Shown: positions 23,925-38,774, counted from the stretch's first letter. The stretch is DNA of 64,000 nt from Cycas panzhihuaensis (GCA_023213395.1 CM041465.1:59341741-59405740), one strand, 5' to 3'. Notes: generated from the sequence alone by a model not told the origin. Translations and numbers: made by a program.

Positions 23925-26900
23925 GGAAAATGTGTAATAAGATGAATATCTTCTCCCATAACTGAGACTTCTACTATGAGGATAAGATCTATCAATATGA
24001 GATGGCCTTCCTCTTTCTTTATGAGGAGGTGGCTAATCCCTTTGTCTAAGATTTAGAGGATGAATATTTTCCCTTTATAGTGGTATGTCCCTTTAGCAAT
24101 TGGGACAACATTGATGTGGCCCTTGTTGTCTTTCTTCACTTAGATATCTAGTTTTCCTTAAATCTTTTTTATTAGCTCCTTGTCTTTGGTGAGGAGCTTG
24201 GTATCTTGGATGTCTTTATTGGTGTGGCATATGTCTAGGGTTTCTACTCTTTTCTTTTAGAGACTAATCCCTAGATTTAGAAGTCCTTGCTTGAGCATGT
24301 GGTTATGTCCTTATCTTAGTGGCAAAAGCATGCTCAAGTGATTTATTAGATGCCTTCTTCTCTTCAACAACTATTAACATGGCACTCAATTATTCTATTT
24401 TGAGGGTGCTTAAGTCTTTGGAGACTTCAATGTTGGTTGTGACTCTTTCAAAGCTTGGTACGACACTAACACATCATAGAATCCTTTCAATAACTCTTTG
24501 TTCAATTAAGGTCTCTCCAAGAGATCTCATATGATTAACTAGGTATTGTACCTTTGTTATAAAGTCAGTAACTAATTTATTTGAATTTATCCTTAGGTTT
24601 TCAAATTTACTCCTAAGGGTTTGAAGCTTTGATGAAGCCACTTCTTTATAAATTAGTTGTAAAGTATCCCATACTTGCTTTGATGTGGTTGCTTCACTCA
24701 TCCTTGGAAAGATTTTATTATCAATAGCACAAAATAATAATGCTAGAGCTTCATTGTCTTTCTTAACTATTTCTTTAAATACCCTCTTTTATTCATTTGT
24801 GGCTTGGTCACCTAGATCTATATAGACTGTATGAACTATGTCCCATAATTCTTTTGACATAAGGATAGATTTTATTTTTCTACTCTAAATTAGAAAATTT
24901 GTCCCATCGAATATTGGAATAGTTATATTTCCTATGCTTGTTGTCATGTTACTCAACTTGGGTTATGATAGTAATCATTTAGTAAATAAAATATGTTTAT
25001 CCCACCAAGGTTTTAGTTAAATGAATAAAAAAGAAAATCAAGTTTAACCCAAGGTTTTATAAGTGGACTTAGTCCCTAAATGAGGTTTGCTAGGCACTAA
25101 GTTTAAGTTTCTCCTAGGATAACCTTTGGTTGCTATCCTGTCTAGTGGTGCTAGCCCATATATGGCAAAATAGGGACCCAATATACTGGTACATGAGCAC
25201 TATGCTTTATATACCTCAATACGTGGGCTACTAAGAAGGCTTTTACACTCCCTTGAATTGTTGACCCACCTACACAAAACTTATGCCTAGTGATAGATCT
25301 AGCAGTGAAGGTTCTTGAACCAAGGTACTTACCCTCTCTAGTGTTGAGAATACAAGGTCCCAACCCTTTAACCACCACTAAGATCTATTACATTCTCACA
25401 ACTAGTTACAGAAATTGAAACTTAAAATTACATGCAAGTTCTAAAATAAGAGATTATACAATAATATGGAAATAAAAGCTAAACATCATATATACACCCA
25501 ATATAACATGGTAAAACCTTAACAGTGTGCTAGGGAAACATCCACACAAGAAAGATATCGATCTTTATTACTGTAGAATGGAGAAACAATACATCTCCAT
25601 TACAGAGTACTCTTAGGAACAACAACTAATCGCCGCCCTCATCACAGTATATTGCATTACATTACAACATAATAAGAAAAGCCCTAAAACAGGCTATATG
25701 AGAGGAACATCCAAGACCTAAATCTCAATCATAGAATCTAGGGTATTTGTATCAAATGACCCTACTTCTCTTTACAATTTAATAAGGTTTACAGGGCTAA
25801 TTTTTTGGGTTGGGGGCTATCGCCCCTAAACCTCCTCTTAGCGGGGGGTGTTCCACACCCCCATACCCCCCAGCCAAGGGGGGGCCCCGCCCCCCTTAGA
25901 ACCCCCCGAGAAAGATTGCGGGGGGAAACTGCACCGAAAACACACTAAAATTTTAACCCTAAAATATTATTATCATAATATCTAACATCCAGGTCTAGCC
26001 TTAGTCTCTAAACACCACAAATGGAAAGGTTTTGTACCTTAGCCTACCACTGAATACACCTGATAGCCAAAGGCTTTCCTCATCTAATATGAGTAGGCCA
26101 AGTGGCATGTATGGGGTGGTAACTTCAAGGGTCCTAATCATTCCCCTTATAAGGCTAGAAAAAAATGAGGTTTAATTTAGGTAATTTGAAAATAAAAAAT
26201 ACCCTTCCCCTTTGAAGTATTATATTCCTTTGTGAAAAATAATAACTTTTTCCTTTAAAAAATATAAAATAAAGATGAAAATTTTTCTAAATGAAAGCCA
26301 AGTAAGCTCCTTTAATCAAGTTTTATAAGCAAGTTGTGTTGAGAATGGAGGAGGGTAATTATTCTTTAATAATCATAAATAAGTGGAAGTAATTTCTTGA
26401 TCAAGTGCAAAAGGACTTTAAATAAGTTTTAGATTTGATAAAAGTAAAAAATATGATAAGAAATACCTGTTTACCAAATTGAATGAACAAGAGGGGCTCC
26501 TTTTTCTCTAGAGGCCCAAAATTAGTCTAAGTAAGCTATAAAATGGCTTAAAAACTCAATAAATACTAATAAATATTATTGATAATTAGTATTATATAAA
26601 TATCAAGTGGAATATATTCACAATTATAAAGAAATTTGGCTCAAAAAGCTTAAAGAAAGTCTAATTAGGACTTGAATGAAACCTCAACTCTAGGAGCTTT
26701 GAAAGCCTATAAGAAAACTTTAAAATTTATAAGTAAATATGTCAGACCAAAGAGAAATGAGTCAGATTCTCAACGGAACTGATGGATCTAAAATCTGATA
26801 TGAATCAGTAAAGTTATATCGAAAAAGGTAAAATGTACTTTTTATGTTAATAACTCAAAAAAGATTTAGAAAAATGATTGAATTTAACTGATTAAAAATA

Positions 26901-28461
26901 GGTTAGATTAGCTTCAAAAGTAGCAAATAGTGAATTAAAATTATAGCCCATAAAATTTTGGACTCAATAGAACTTGTTTCATTAGAAACCGAGACCCTAA
27001 TAAAAAGATATTACAAAAATGAGCTAGGTACCCTATGTATTAAGGAAAAATTTTTAAAAAGAAAAGTTTTATAAAGGTTAAGTTAGCTATGAGATAGAGG
27101 TCACATAGGGTTAACGTGATCAGGGGTGGAACCCTTAAGGGGCTAAAGTCTTAATACATGAATTTCAACTGATATGAAATATGCTTAAATTTTATAAACT
27201 TAATAATAATATGTTATATATTATATTAATCGATTATAAATAAATAAATAAATAAAAACACTGAGGTGAGAACGACGAGCCTGCGTGCAGAGAGCCAGAG
27301 AAGGAGGCAAGATTGGGAATAAAAAATTAATCGATTCAATTAAAGTGATACTAGATGGAGATGCAAAGAGGACCGCTAAGTAACACAATGAGACTGCACA
27401 TAGTAATGTGTGAGAAAATGAGTCTATGAAAGGGCATCGACCAACAAATTATTGATCCTAAATGACTGTGACATAGAGTGTATAAATGGTAATGTAAACT
27501 ATATAAATTTATAGGTGGAGATGGATCTATTGATTGATATTTAGAGATCAACCTGAAAGCAAGAAAAAAAAATATTTTGAGACACTATGTAGCATATGAA
27601 AATAGGAGGAACAACAGATGAATAGAGGGGACATCATTAGAAAATTAATAAAATAGCTTGTTTAAGATCTGGATTAAACAACTCTGATGGGAAATGGCCT
27701 AGAGGGAGGTGTGCATGGTTCACATATAATCTGAGGAGCCAACTGAGTCAGAAATGAAGGCTAACAGAGAGCTCAACTAAAGAATGATGAAGAAGAGCAA
27801 ACTTCCTGGGAGAAATATCTCCCTTTACAAGGCACAAAATCACAAACAGTTTTTTCTAACAAGTAGACAGTTCAATGACGAATCTAATAAGAAGTCATAT
27901 GCTTGACTTTTGATCAATAATTGGAGAGCTAGATTGATTTGAATGTAGGGTATCACTCTTTGAAAGAACAACGACAAAATATCATGTAAATAAATATGAC
28001 AATTAATCAAATACTTTGATATACTAAAGTTTAAATATAGAGCAATCAAATATGTATCAAAATACAATGAACTGATTATGAATCCATGCAACCACACATG
28101 CTCTGATACTAAATGAAGGTGCAAGGAAGCTAAGCAGGTTAGGATGCCATCATGATTAACTAATTTCCACATAATTGAAGGCAGTGCTAAAAAACACTAG
28201 GGAGGTATTTCCACCCCTTAAATAGATGTTTGGGGGGGTGGCACATGCCATCACTTGACCTACACATTAGTCGACAATATATTCAAATAATATTAAAAAA
28301 ATAATATTTAATAAATATTGCATATACATTAATAATATTGCATCAGTTTTAGGTCCCTTTAGGTGGCCAGTAGGAGGCTCTAGGTGCCCTAGGGAGCCCC
28401 AAAGGTGGCTTTGGGGGCCCTAGGTGCATATATCCTTAGGACATTGGGGGTTATCCCAACA
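23925..28461 (-). mobile_element. Truncated Ty1/copia element B (5' LTR 28114-28461, long leader, gag) nested in element A
   Basis: The LTR runs TGTTGGG...CTTCA, then TT, then PBS TAGTATCAGAGC (28100-28111). gag starts at ATG 24947 (MTTSIGNITIPIFDGTNF; ORF 24474 SKQVWDTLQLIYK..SKLQTLRSKFENL). Leader and gag are homologous to 33720-35300. Confidence 0.87.
25405..25987 (-). repeat. Probable solo LTR inserted in the leader of copia B
   Basis: A ~580-bp block absent from the homologous leader at ~33900. It begins TGTTAGA on the minus strand, contains a GC-rich hairpin cluster and retains more CpG than its flanks. The left boundary is approximate. Confidence 0.6.
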
Positions 28462-31450
28462 CTAAGAATAAAGAAAAACCTTATGTTAGTATCTCAGTTG
28501 AGTGAAAAAAATTAAGAACTAAATTTAATAAAAATAACCATTGTTATATTCTTGACATGAAAAAGAATGGTGATGTAATAACCGAAAGAGAAAAATATAA
28601 TAGGCTTTATAACCTTCTCTCCACTCCTGTGCTGCCTAATAAAGGACCCACAAAATCCCCTCCAATGTAAATTTACTTAATGTGACCAACAATGATACTA
28701 ATGAAATGTGGCATTTGAAGTATAGTCATATCTCCTATGATAGATTAGAAAAACTAAAAAAATCAAATATGGTGAATGGTATATATGATATTTCATTTAA
28801 TTCATTTGTATACAAAGTCTATATGATGGGGAAACAACACAAAATTCTATTTTCAAAAAACACATGGCACGCATAAGATAAGTTGGATTTAATTCATACT
28901 AATTTATATGGTCCATTTACACCAATTTTAATGAATAGAACAAGGTATTTTTTAATTTTCATTGATGACTTCTCCAGAAAAACATAGGTGTACTTTTTAT
29001 TTAGCAAATTAGAGGTATTTAGTTATTTCAAAGAATTCAAAGCTAAATCAAAACTAGAAAGTAGCAAGAAAATCAAATGTATTCATTCAGATGGAGGTGG
29101 TAAGTTTGTATCTAATGAATTTCTTCATTTCTATAAGATGTATGGAATCCAAAAATAAGTCACAACTTCATATACACCTTAATCAAATGGGGTAGTGGAG
29201 AGAATGAATAGAACAATTGTAGAATTGGCTCAATGTATGTTAAATGCTAGTGAGGTCATAAAGAAATACTAGGCAGAGGCTGTAAACATAGTTGTTTACT
29301 TTATTAATGAATGGTAATTACAATTACTGCTTAGAAAGGATGGAAGATTTATTAGATGGATGTTAGAAGTGCCTTCCCAAATGGAGATCTATAAGGGCTA
29401 ACTTCCATCATAGTGGTATATATAGATGACATGCTAATCATAAGAGATGATGAATACTTGATCACGCTCATTAAGAAGTGATTTGAAAAGGTATTTGAAA
29501 TGATAGGTCTCAAAATGTTGCACTATTAACTCATAATAGAAATAAGACAAAATAATAATTCTATTATCCTATCATAATCAAAATATATCAAAAACGTATT
29601 AAACAAGTTTAATATAGAAAGCTACAATAGTGTTACCACTCCAATGGAAATTGGATATGTGTTAAATACTAAACAAGAAGCATAACCAATTGATGTAATT
29701 TTATATAAATAATTGATTAGAAGTCTAATTTACCTCACAACTACATGACCAAACATTTCCTATGTAGTTGGTGTAGTTTCTAGGTTTATGGAAGATCCCA
29801 AAATACCTCACTAGAATGCTACAAAAAGAATCTTGTGATATCTAAAAGGAACCATAAATCTTGGGTTAGAATATAGAAGGGATAATAATATGCAGCTAAC
29901 AGACTTTTGTGATTCTAATTGGGCTAGAGATAGAACAAATAGAAAATCAACATCAGGATATTATTTCTTTCTAGGAACATCATTAATTTCCTAGAGTAGC
30001 AAAAAGTAATATACAATTGCTTTGTCTTCAACAAAAGCTGAGTACAAGTTAACAGTCAATGCAGCATGTGAAAGAGTTTGGATCAGACAACTCCTTAGGG
30101 ATCTTAAACAAGAATAGGCAATGCCTACTCAGTTATTCTGTGACAACCAAAGTACAATAAAAATGACCAAGAATCTAGTGCTACATGTAAGAACCAAGCA
30201 TATAGAAGTGCATCACCATTTCATCAGGGAAAAAGTATAGAATAAAAAGTTAAACTTTTGTATTATATAATAGAAAATCAAACTAATGATATCCTCACCA
30301 AACCTCTTAGCAGGAAAAAAAAATTTAGCTCTAGAAATCATTTAGGACTAAAACAGATAAAACATTAAGAGGGGGTGTAAAAGGTAATGTTTTGCCTAGT
30401 ATAATGATTTATCTAGGATATCTAAGGTACCTTGTAAGGGTCATGCATAATTACCCCCTTACAAGTGGCACAATCTCATTAAGTAGTTGCCATTTGTCCC
30501 GTATACTTTGAATTATATTTATAGACTTGTAAATGATCAATAAAGATGCAAGAGAGAATCCTTTTGATAGATTCTTCCTTGATTTGCTTACTAATGGATA
30601 TTTCCTTACTTAATTTATCATCATCATATTACTCATGGGTAGATTTCTTATTAAATTATTCTTCACTTTGATCACCTAATTCTTCGTGTGTGCCACTTAT
30701 CTTCTCTTTATGTTACTCCTCAGTAGACTTCTCACTACATTATTTTTCTTCTTGACTAACTATTTTTGTGTAATCTTTTATATCCTCCTTAAGATCTTTC
30801 AATCTAGATAATATTTTTTAAAGTGCATGTTAATGGTCTTTTTTTTAATCTTCCTTTTAATATTTATTCTTTAAGTTCATAAATTTTCCATTAATGTAGT
30901 TTCTCTAATGTTCATACCACCACTTTATAATTCTTTCTTTAAACCTTATGAAAAAAGATTATGAAAAATGTTCCCAATTAGGGTAATAATCAAAAAGCCT
31001 TTTAATGGCCCACTCTTGAGCTTATTTACCCATATATTTCTAAATATATGAGGAAAATAACTTTATTTCCATATGGAGTTGAATATTAAATCTTTTCTAA
31101 ACTTTGTCTGACCACTCTATAGGTCAAACTCATCCATCTTTAATAGAAATAAGAATATCTAACTCTATCTTTAGACATTCAATTTGAAATATAATTATAA
31201 TATTAAATCGGCTCCAAAATACATCAAATAGTATCTCAAAATAATGGCATATGAATCAATGTTTCAATTCCTTAGATGAAATCAAATTTTGATACTTATA
31301 ATAGAAGTTATGGCCCTTGTAATATAGGTCACAATTAGAGTTTTAGGGATTAAAATAATACCTATTATTAAAATGTCAATATTTTTTTACTCTAGTATAT
31401 ATTGGATCTAAAACCACTTAAAACAAATAGTAGATATTAAGACGTATAGA

Positions 31451-34400
31451 TATTAGCATATAATATTCATTTTGTATTAGAAGTGTGTATAATGGTATTG
31501 GAACTCTGTGAGGCTACCTCTAGTTGTCATTAGCTAATATAGGGAAAAGCTACGTATTATTTTATTTATTTTTTATTAATATTTAATTTAAAAAAAGTGT
31601 TGGTCAATGGTGGGATTGCCTAACGTCTTGACTATAATTATAAGATGAAAATATTCACTAGTGTTATTTAACACCACCATTTATTAGAAATTTTGTTAAT
31701 ATTTCATCAATATGGCTTAATTCCTATTCTGTTCTATCTCTGCATTTGCTTCATTTGGTATTAGAGTGGTGATTTATTTCAAAATGATATATGACAAGCT
31801 ATTATATTGAATATTTATTTATTTTCCAAAGTTTCATCAATAGTTTTTCTATAGTTTTATTAAATATTTGTCTGATTTTGCTACATATGCTCCATATAAT
31901 TAATATTTTTTCAAATTTATGTTGTAATTATAGGTAGATTCAACCCAACAGTCATTTGGAGTAATTCTATTAAAGTTTTATTTAATATTTCATAAGTTTT
32001 TATTTTTTATTTTTATCTTTATTTTTAATTTTTTCCATAAACTTGATCTTCTATGGGGTGGTGTGCTCTCATTTTCAAATGAAATTGCATCGAGTGGCTA
32101 CTCATTAGAATCCTCTCTAAGTCCTCTCTACATCAGAATAGACAGTTTCAAAAATCGTCGCTTCTATAGTGAGATATAGCCCCCGAAAGCTTATCCTCTC
32201 CTATTGTCTACTGAAACCCCATTCCACAAGCTTGAAAAACCATTCATGTTATCTCTATTTCTCTTTAAATCCCTCTACAACTAGGTCATAGGGCTATTTT
32301 TGGCTAGTTGAGACTCTCCTTGATTAATTATAGATCCTATTTTAGCTATACAGCTTCCATGTCACCATGCACCCTCCTCAACCTTCGCAAGCTAATAATC
32401 AATTCTTTTAATTAATCTTCTCTAAGATTTCTTCTCTGTATATGATATGTGAGTAGTTTATGCGCATTTTGGTTGATCTCTAAAGAGTCTTGAATCATTT
32501 TAATCAAGTTTTACTCGATCTGTTCCTCTTTATATATGAGCAAACCTACGTGTCTATGTGAAATCCATTCTTTTATTTTTTCTATTCATTTCATATATCA
32601 AATTATTATAAAGTTTAATAAAATTTAATTTGTTTTGATATTTTTTGGGTTACAACCCCTTTTTTGGTTATTTGTCAGTCCTATTAAGCCCCCATACAAC
32701 CCTATTTTTAGTTATAAAGGAGCAAATTTAAAAATCTTATCTATTATTTTTAATAATTATGGTTTTTAAGAGACTAAGCTACTTTTTATAAATTTTGGAG
32801 TACACTAGCTCCTTGCGTAAGCCAATGGTAGGTTTATACACTATCCAGATGACTAGAAGCTTCGATAAAAAGGGCTTAAGACCCCCCCAACCCTTCTTTA
32901 ATTTTTTATCATAACAAACATGCTTCACTATTTTGCTAATATCTTTTTATTCAGGAGTCTATTTTTCAAACGGTTGTATCTACTAGAAAGCTGACTTAGT
33001 GATCTATATCCTAAAGTTAGTTTCATAGTGATTTGAAGTTGTTTTGTAGGTGTTCTAGGCTACTAAAATTAGCCCTCTTATTTGATCCCAGTTTGAGATT
33101 CTTTCATTATTTTTTGAGCAATTTATCAACTTTATTCAAGTATATTTATTTCATATTGATATCCTAATATATTTTCGGCAGATTTCACCTTGTTTTTTAA
33201 GGCTTACATATATTTTTTGGTAGAATATTGTGTAGATTTATCTCTTAAAGAAGAAGATAATATTTGGACAACATTTTATAAATAAAGAGCTTTCTAACCC
33301 TTTATTTATTTTATTTTAAGCCTTCTATTTCATTTTACTTCATTTTAGCTCATTCAAATTTTTTTAAAGGCTTATATTAAGCTTATTTTACCTCATTTAA
33401 AGGTAATTTTACTTTATTATTAAAGCTCATTTCAATGTTTATTTAAACCTTCTTTATTACATTTTAAAAGCTCATATAAAGTGTATTTTTATTGTATTTT
33501 AAATCTTATTTAAAGGATCCTTTATTTCCTTTTCATTTCATATCATTTTAGAGCTTATTTGTATTATTGAGAAGGCTCATTTTATTTCATATTTATTTTA
33601 TTTAAAAGGCTTATTTTATTTTATTTTTTAAAGTTTCTTTCATTTTAATATTAAAAGGAACCTTATTTATTAAACAAGACCATATCTAAAATTAATTTTC
33701 ACATTCAAGAGATAATTTTATGAAAGAACATCCTTTTTCTAGCCTTGCAAGGGGAATGATTAGGACCTCTAAAGTTACCACCCTGCACATGCCCTTGGCC
33801 TACTCACATTGGATGAGGAACATCATTAGATATCATGTATAATAGGTGCTAGACTGAGATGTAGTACCCTATCTTTTGGGGTTTGAAGACTAGTCTAGAC
33901 CAAGGGGGGTAAGTGCCTTAGTTTAAAACGCCATCACTACTAAATCTGTCATTCAACATAAGTCCAATGTACATGGATTAATAGATTAGAGGGGTCTTGT
34001 ACCTTCTTAATAGCCTATGTACTAAGGTATATACAGCCTAGAACTTACGTACCGATATATTAGGCCCTAATTTTCCACTTATGGGCATTTTTCACTAGAT
34101 AAAATAGTAATTGAAAGCTTCCCTTGGATACCCATAAACTTAGATCCTAGTAACCTTTTAGGTAATAGGACACATTATTTTTAAAACTATCCTTGGGGGA
34201 ACACTTGAATAGACTTAATTTTAAAACATTATGGCTACAAAAGTTGGTAACATCATTATTCTTAAGTTTTATAGATTAAATTTTTTGAATTTGAGTAATA
34301 GGATGAGACCCATCCTCACATCTAAAGATATATGGGATGTTGTGAAGATAGGGTATATAAAACTTGGCTAGAATGCCATTAAAGCAGAAAAGCAAGCCTT

Positions 34401-37400
34401 TAAAGAATGTATGAAGAAGGACAATGAAGTATTAGCATTAATTTTCTATGCCTTATAAGACCATATCTTTCTAAGAGTTAATGAGCCATTAAAGTCCAAA
34501 GAAGCATGGGACATGTTACAACTTATCTATAAAGGAGTAGCCTCATCAAAATTCCAAATACTAAGGAGTAAATTTAAAAACTTGAGGACATTGCTTAATG
34601 AGACCATCAATGAGTTCATAACAAAAGTCTAAGATCTTATGAATCAAATTAGATCTCTTGGAGAAACCCTTATTGAATAAAGGGTTGTAGAAAGGATACT
34701 TAGGTATGTTGGTAAAGTTAAAAGGTTTGAGATGGTAGCCACAAGTATAGAAGTCTCTAAGGACCTAAGTACCTTGAAGATTAAATAATTAAGTTCCATG
34801 TTGATGGCTTTTGAAGAAAAGGAAAGCATAAATAAATCCTTAGAACGTGCTTTTGCAACAAAGGATAGGATAAAATCTAATATCCAAGTTGAAAGCTCAA
34901 GGATAAGGAATCAATCCCTAAGGGGGAGAGATAGGAATCCTAGAAAAGAGATATACTAAGATCATCAACTTGGATACCAAGCTCCTCATGAAATATATCA
35001 AGGAGCTAATCAAAGATACCTAAGTCAACATCGGTATCAAATTCAAGAAAGACATCAAGAAGCTAGTTAATGTTGTCATAACTACCAAGGCCATAATGGT
35101 TTTCAAAGGCCTAATTTAAATTATCCAAGCAATATACAAAGAGACAATTAAGGCCCATACTTGGAAAGGGGTAGTATACTCTCTATGGATAGAGGACACC
35201 CTAGAAGTAAGAGTCTAAGTCAAAAAGGAAGGGATCCAATCCATTGTATATTTTATAACAAAGTTAGCCATACTAAAGATAGATGCTTTGCTAAAAATGG
35301 CTCTCTAACAAGAGGAAGTGCTACTGCAGTCATTGAAAATAGAGAGAATAATCATATATTTTTAGAAGGCTTTATTGACCATAAAAAATAAGATTATTGG
35401 TATATAGACTCTAGTTGCTCCACATATATGACACATAAAGAAGAGATAATCCAAACTATTATTAGGTCTAGGAAGGGCACAATCATATTTGGTGATGATA
35501 CATTATATGAATCTAGTAGAAGGGGTAAATTCATTATCATAATAGATTCAACAAAAAACATATATCTTGATGATGTTCTCCACATACCAACTCTTAAGAA
35601 AAATCTCCTATCTATGGGACAAATAATAGAATAGGACTATAAGGTTGTGTTTGACAATGGTGAATGTAGTATTAAGGACAAAAAGAAAAATAAAGATGTT
35701 ATTGCTAAAGGAAAGATGATTAGCGATAGACTCTTCAAGTTAGTCATATCCCCTTTGGATAACTACATGTTAAAGACAATAATTAAGATAGACAGTGACA
35801 TGTGGCATAAAAGGTTTGGCCACTTAAACTATGGAAGCTTGGCCCTTATGAAAAGAATGAATATAGTTGAAGGTCTACCACAAATTGAGGCTGATAAGGA
35901 CATTTGTAAGGGATGCCTCTTAGGTAAGCTACATAGAGAAAGTTTTCCTGATGGAAGCTATAGAGCTAAGGGGCCACTTCAATTAATCTACATAGATCTT
36001 TGTGGTATAATGGACGTCCTATCTCTAGCTAGTGTAAAGTATTTCTTCACCTTTATTGATGATTATACAAGAAAGACATGGGTCTATTTTCTAAAATTTA
36101 AGTCATATGCATTTCAATGCTTTATGGATTTCAAAACATTTATGGAGAAGCAAAGTGGCCATAAGATACTTTCTTTAAGATTAGATAATAGGGGGGAGTT
36201 TATTTCTAATGACTTTAATACTTATTATACCTACCATGGCATTAGAAGGGAATATATAAACCCCTACACACCACAATAGAATGGGGTTACTAAATGCAAA
36301 AATTGCACCATAGTTAAAATGGCTAGATGCATGATCAAAGATAAGAAATTAGAACATGAATTTAGAAGAAGCTATGAATACTATAGTTTACCTCCTAAAT
36401 GGGTGTATCACCAGGGCCCTTAGGTGGATAATACTAGAAGAAGCATGGACAAGTTACAAACCTAACGTTCATCACTTGAGAATTTTTGGATGCCTAGCCT
36501 ATGCCCACATTCCAGAATAAAAAAGGACTAAACTTGATGATAAGAGTACTAAGTGTATATTTATTAGGTATAGTGATATATCAAAATTATATAATGTGTA
36601 TGACCCAAAGGAAAGAAAGGTTATTATTAGTAAAGATGTATCTAAAGAAGATGATTACTATCAATTAGATTATATCTAAGATAAACAGAAAAATATTATA
36701 ATCAACTTTGATCCATCTCCAAGTTCCATATATATGCCACTTAGATAGGATTCATGGTAAAATGTTGGTGTATTAAGGCCAAGTGATAAGGAAACCTCCA
36801 CTCAACTTTAAAGGTTTCCCAAATAGGTCCAAAGAAGCCATGACTTAAACAACATATTCGATAATAACTTTGACAGGAGATTTACTTACTCAGGGTAAGT
36901 TAACTTCACCCTTATGAATAAAGTGATGGAAGTCAATCAACCTCACACTTTTGAAGAGGTAGATATTCATGATAAATGGAGAAAAGATATAGGAGTATAA
37001 TTTTATAGTAAAAAATAATACATGGGAACTCGTTAATCTTCCTCCCAACAAAATAGCCATTGGAAACAAATGGGTCTATAAGACCAAGTTCAAATTTAAT
37101 GGGTACATTGAAAAACATAAGATTAAACTTATTACCAAAGATATATTCAAAGAGAAGTCATAGATTATAATAAAACCTTTACCCCTATTACTTGGATGGA
37201 GACTGTTTATATGATATTAAGTCTAATAGCCCAAAAAGATTAGGATGTTCACCAAGTGGACATCAAGAGTGCCTTTCTCAATGGATACATTGAAGAGAAA
37301 ATGTATGTTCAACAACCAAAAGGTATTAAAATCAGGGGGGAAGAAAATAAAATGTATAAACTTAGAAAGGCACTTTATGGTTTGAAGTAAATACCTAGAG

Positions 37401-38774
37401 CATGGTACTCTAAGATAGATAAATATTTCAAAGATCAAGGATTTGAGAGAACCTAATCGGATCTAAATCTATACATCAAAATCAAAGGAGACTCCATATT
37501 GATTATGGGACTTTATGCTGATTATTTGGTCTATATAGGAAATGACCCATATTTTTCTCAAAAGTTTAAGGATGATATGTGCAAGGAGTTCAAAATGATA
37601 AACTTGGGGTTAATACATTGCTTCCTAGGATTGGAAGTTTGGTAAGATGATGATGGTATCTTTGTCTCCTGAAGGAAACATACCTTGGACTTCCTCTAAA
37701 AGTTCAAGATGAGTGACTGCAAGGCCTTGCCCATACTAGTAGAAGTTGGAATCAAACTATCCAAGCTTGATTACTCTACTCTTATTGATCCTACATTATA
37801 TACATAGTTGATTGAAAGCCTACTATATTTGCTATTAATATGACTAAATAACATGCATGTAGCTAATGTGTGTTAAGGTTTATGCAAGATCATAAAACCA
37901 CTCATTGGCAAGTGACTAAACAAATCCTACGATATCTAAAAGGTACAATAAACTATGGGTTATATTACAAATTTTCATTAAAATTTAGATTGATTAGGTA
38001 TATAGATTTTGATTAGGTAGGTGATGTTGATGATAGAAAGTCTAGTTTTGGATGCACCTTTAGTTTAGGTTCAACAACTATAACATGAAGTACTAAAATG
38101 TAGAATACTATCTCCTTATCTACAACTAAAGTAGAATATAAGGTAGCAGTATCAGGTGCATGCAAAATAGTTTAGCTACATCATCTACTTCATGATCTCC
38201 AATTGAAACATGATGGACCTACCAAAATATGGTGTGATAATTAGAGCACTATTCAAATGACATGTAATTTGGTTTTCCATAAAAGAACTAAACATATTGA
38301 GATGCATCATCACTTCATTTAGGAACTTGTCTAAGTAAGAGAAATAGAGTTATTTTATTACATCACAAAAGATTAGATAACAAATATTTTTATAAAGGCA
38401 CTTAGGAAAGTTAAATTTCACAAATTTAGAAATAAGCTTGGAGTTACACCAATGAATATTATGGGGGAGAATGTTAGCATATAATATTTATTTTATATTA
38501 AAAGTATATATAATGGCATTGGAACTCTGTGGGGCTACCTCCAGCTATCATCAGCTAGCATAGGGAAAAAGTATATATTATTTTATTCATTTTTTAATTA
38601 ATATTTGATTTGAAAAAAAAATCAATCAATGACAGGCTTTCTCAAATCTCGACTATAAATATAAGGTAAAAATACTCACTAGTGTTCTTTAACACCACCA
38701 TTTATTAGAAATTTTGTTAATATTTCATCAATATGGCTTAATTCTTTTTTTGCTCTATCTCTATATTTGCTTCA
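31451..38774 (+). mobile_element. Full-length degenerate Ty1/copia element C (LTRs 31451-31753, 38472-38774)
   Basis: A 303-bp LTR pair, TSD ATAGA/ATGGA, PBS TGGTATTAGAG at 31756 and PPT GGGGGAGAA at 38463-38471. gag starts at ATG 34231. Protease (WYIDSSCSTYM), integrase (ORF 35647: WHKRFGHLN, CKGCLLGK, FIDDYTRKTWVYFL), RT (VDIKSAFLNG) and RH (KRTKHIEMHHHF) are present. Confidence 0.95.

Larger units (their letters stand above)
22531..30569 (+). mobile_element. Ty1/copia element A (LTRs 22531-22736 and 30376-30569), interrupted and partly deleted
   Basis: A ~200-bp LTR pair, PBS TGGTATCAGAG at 22737 and PPT AAGAGGGGG at 30367-30375. gag starts at ATG 23418 (KLTEMNLSIWKFKIEGLL). GAG-pre-integrase (ORF 28682), integrase (FIDDFSRK), RT (YIDDML) and RH (CDNQSTI..RTKHIEVHHHFIRE) are recognisable. 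The decayed TSD is AATTT/GATTC. Confidence 0.92.

Noticed and set aside
35647-36279. Longest ORF (210 aa) as an active gene
   Set aside because: It is a surviving integrase segment of copia C, flanked by stops and frameshifts.
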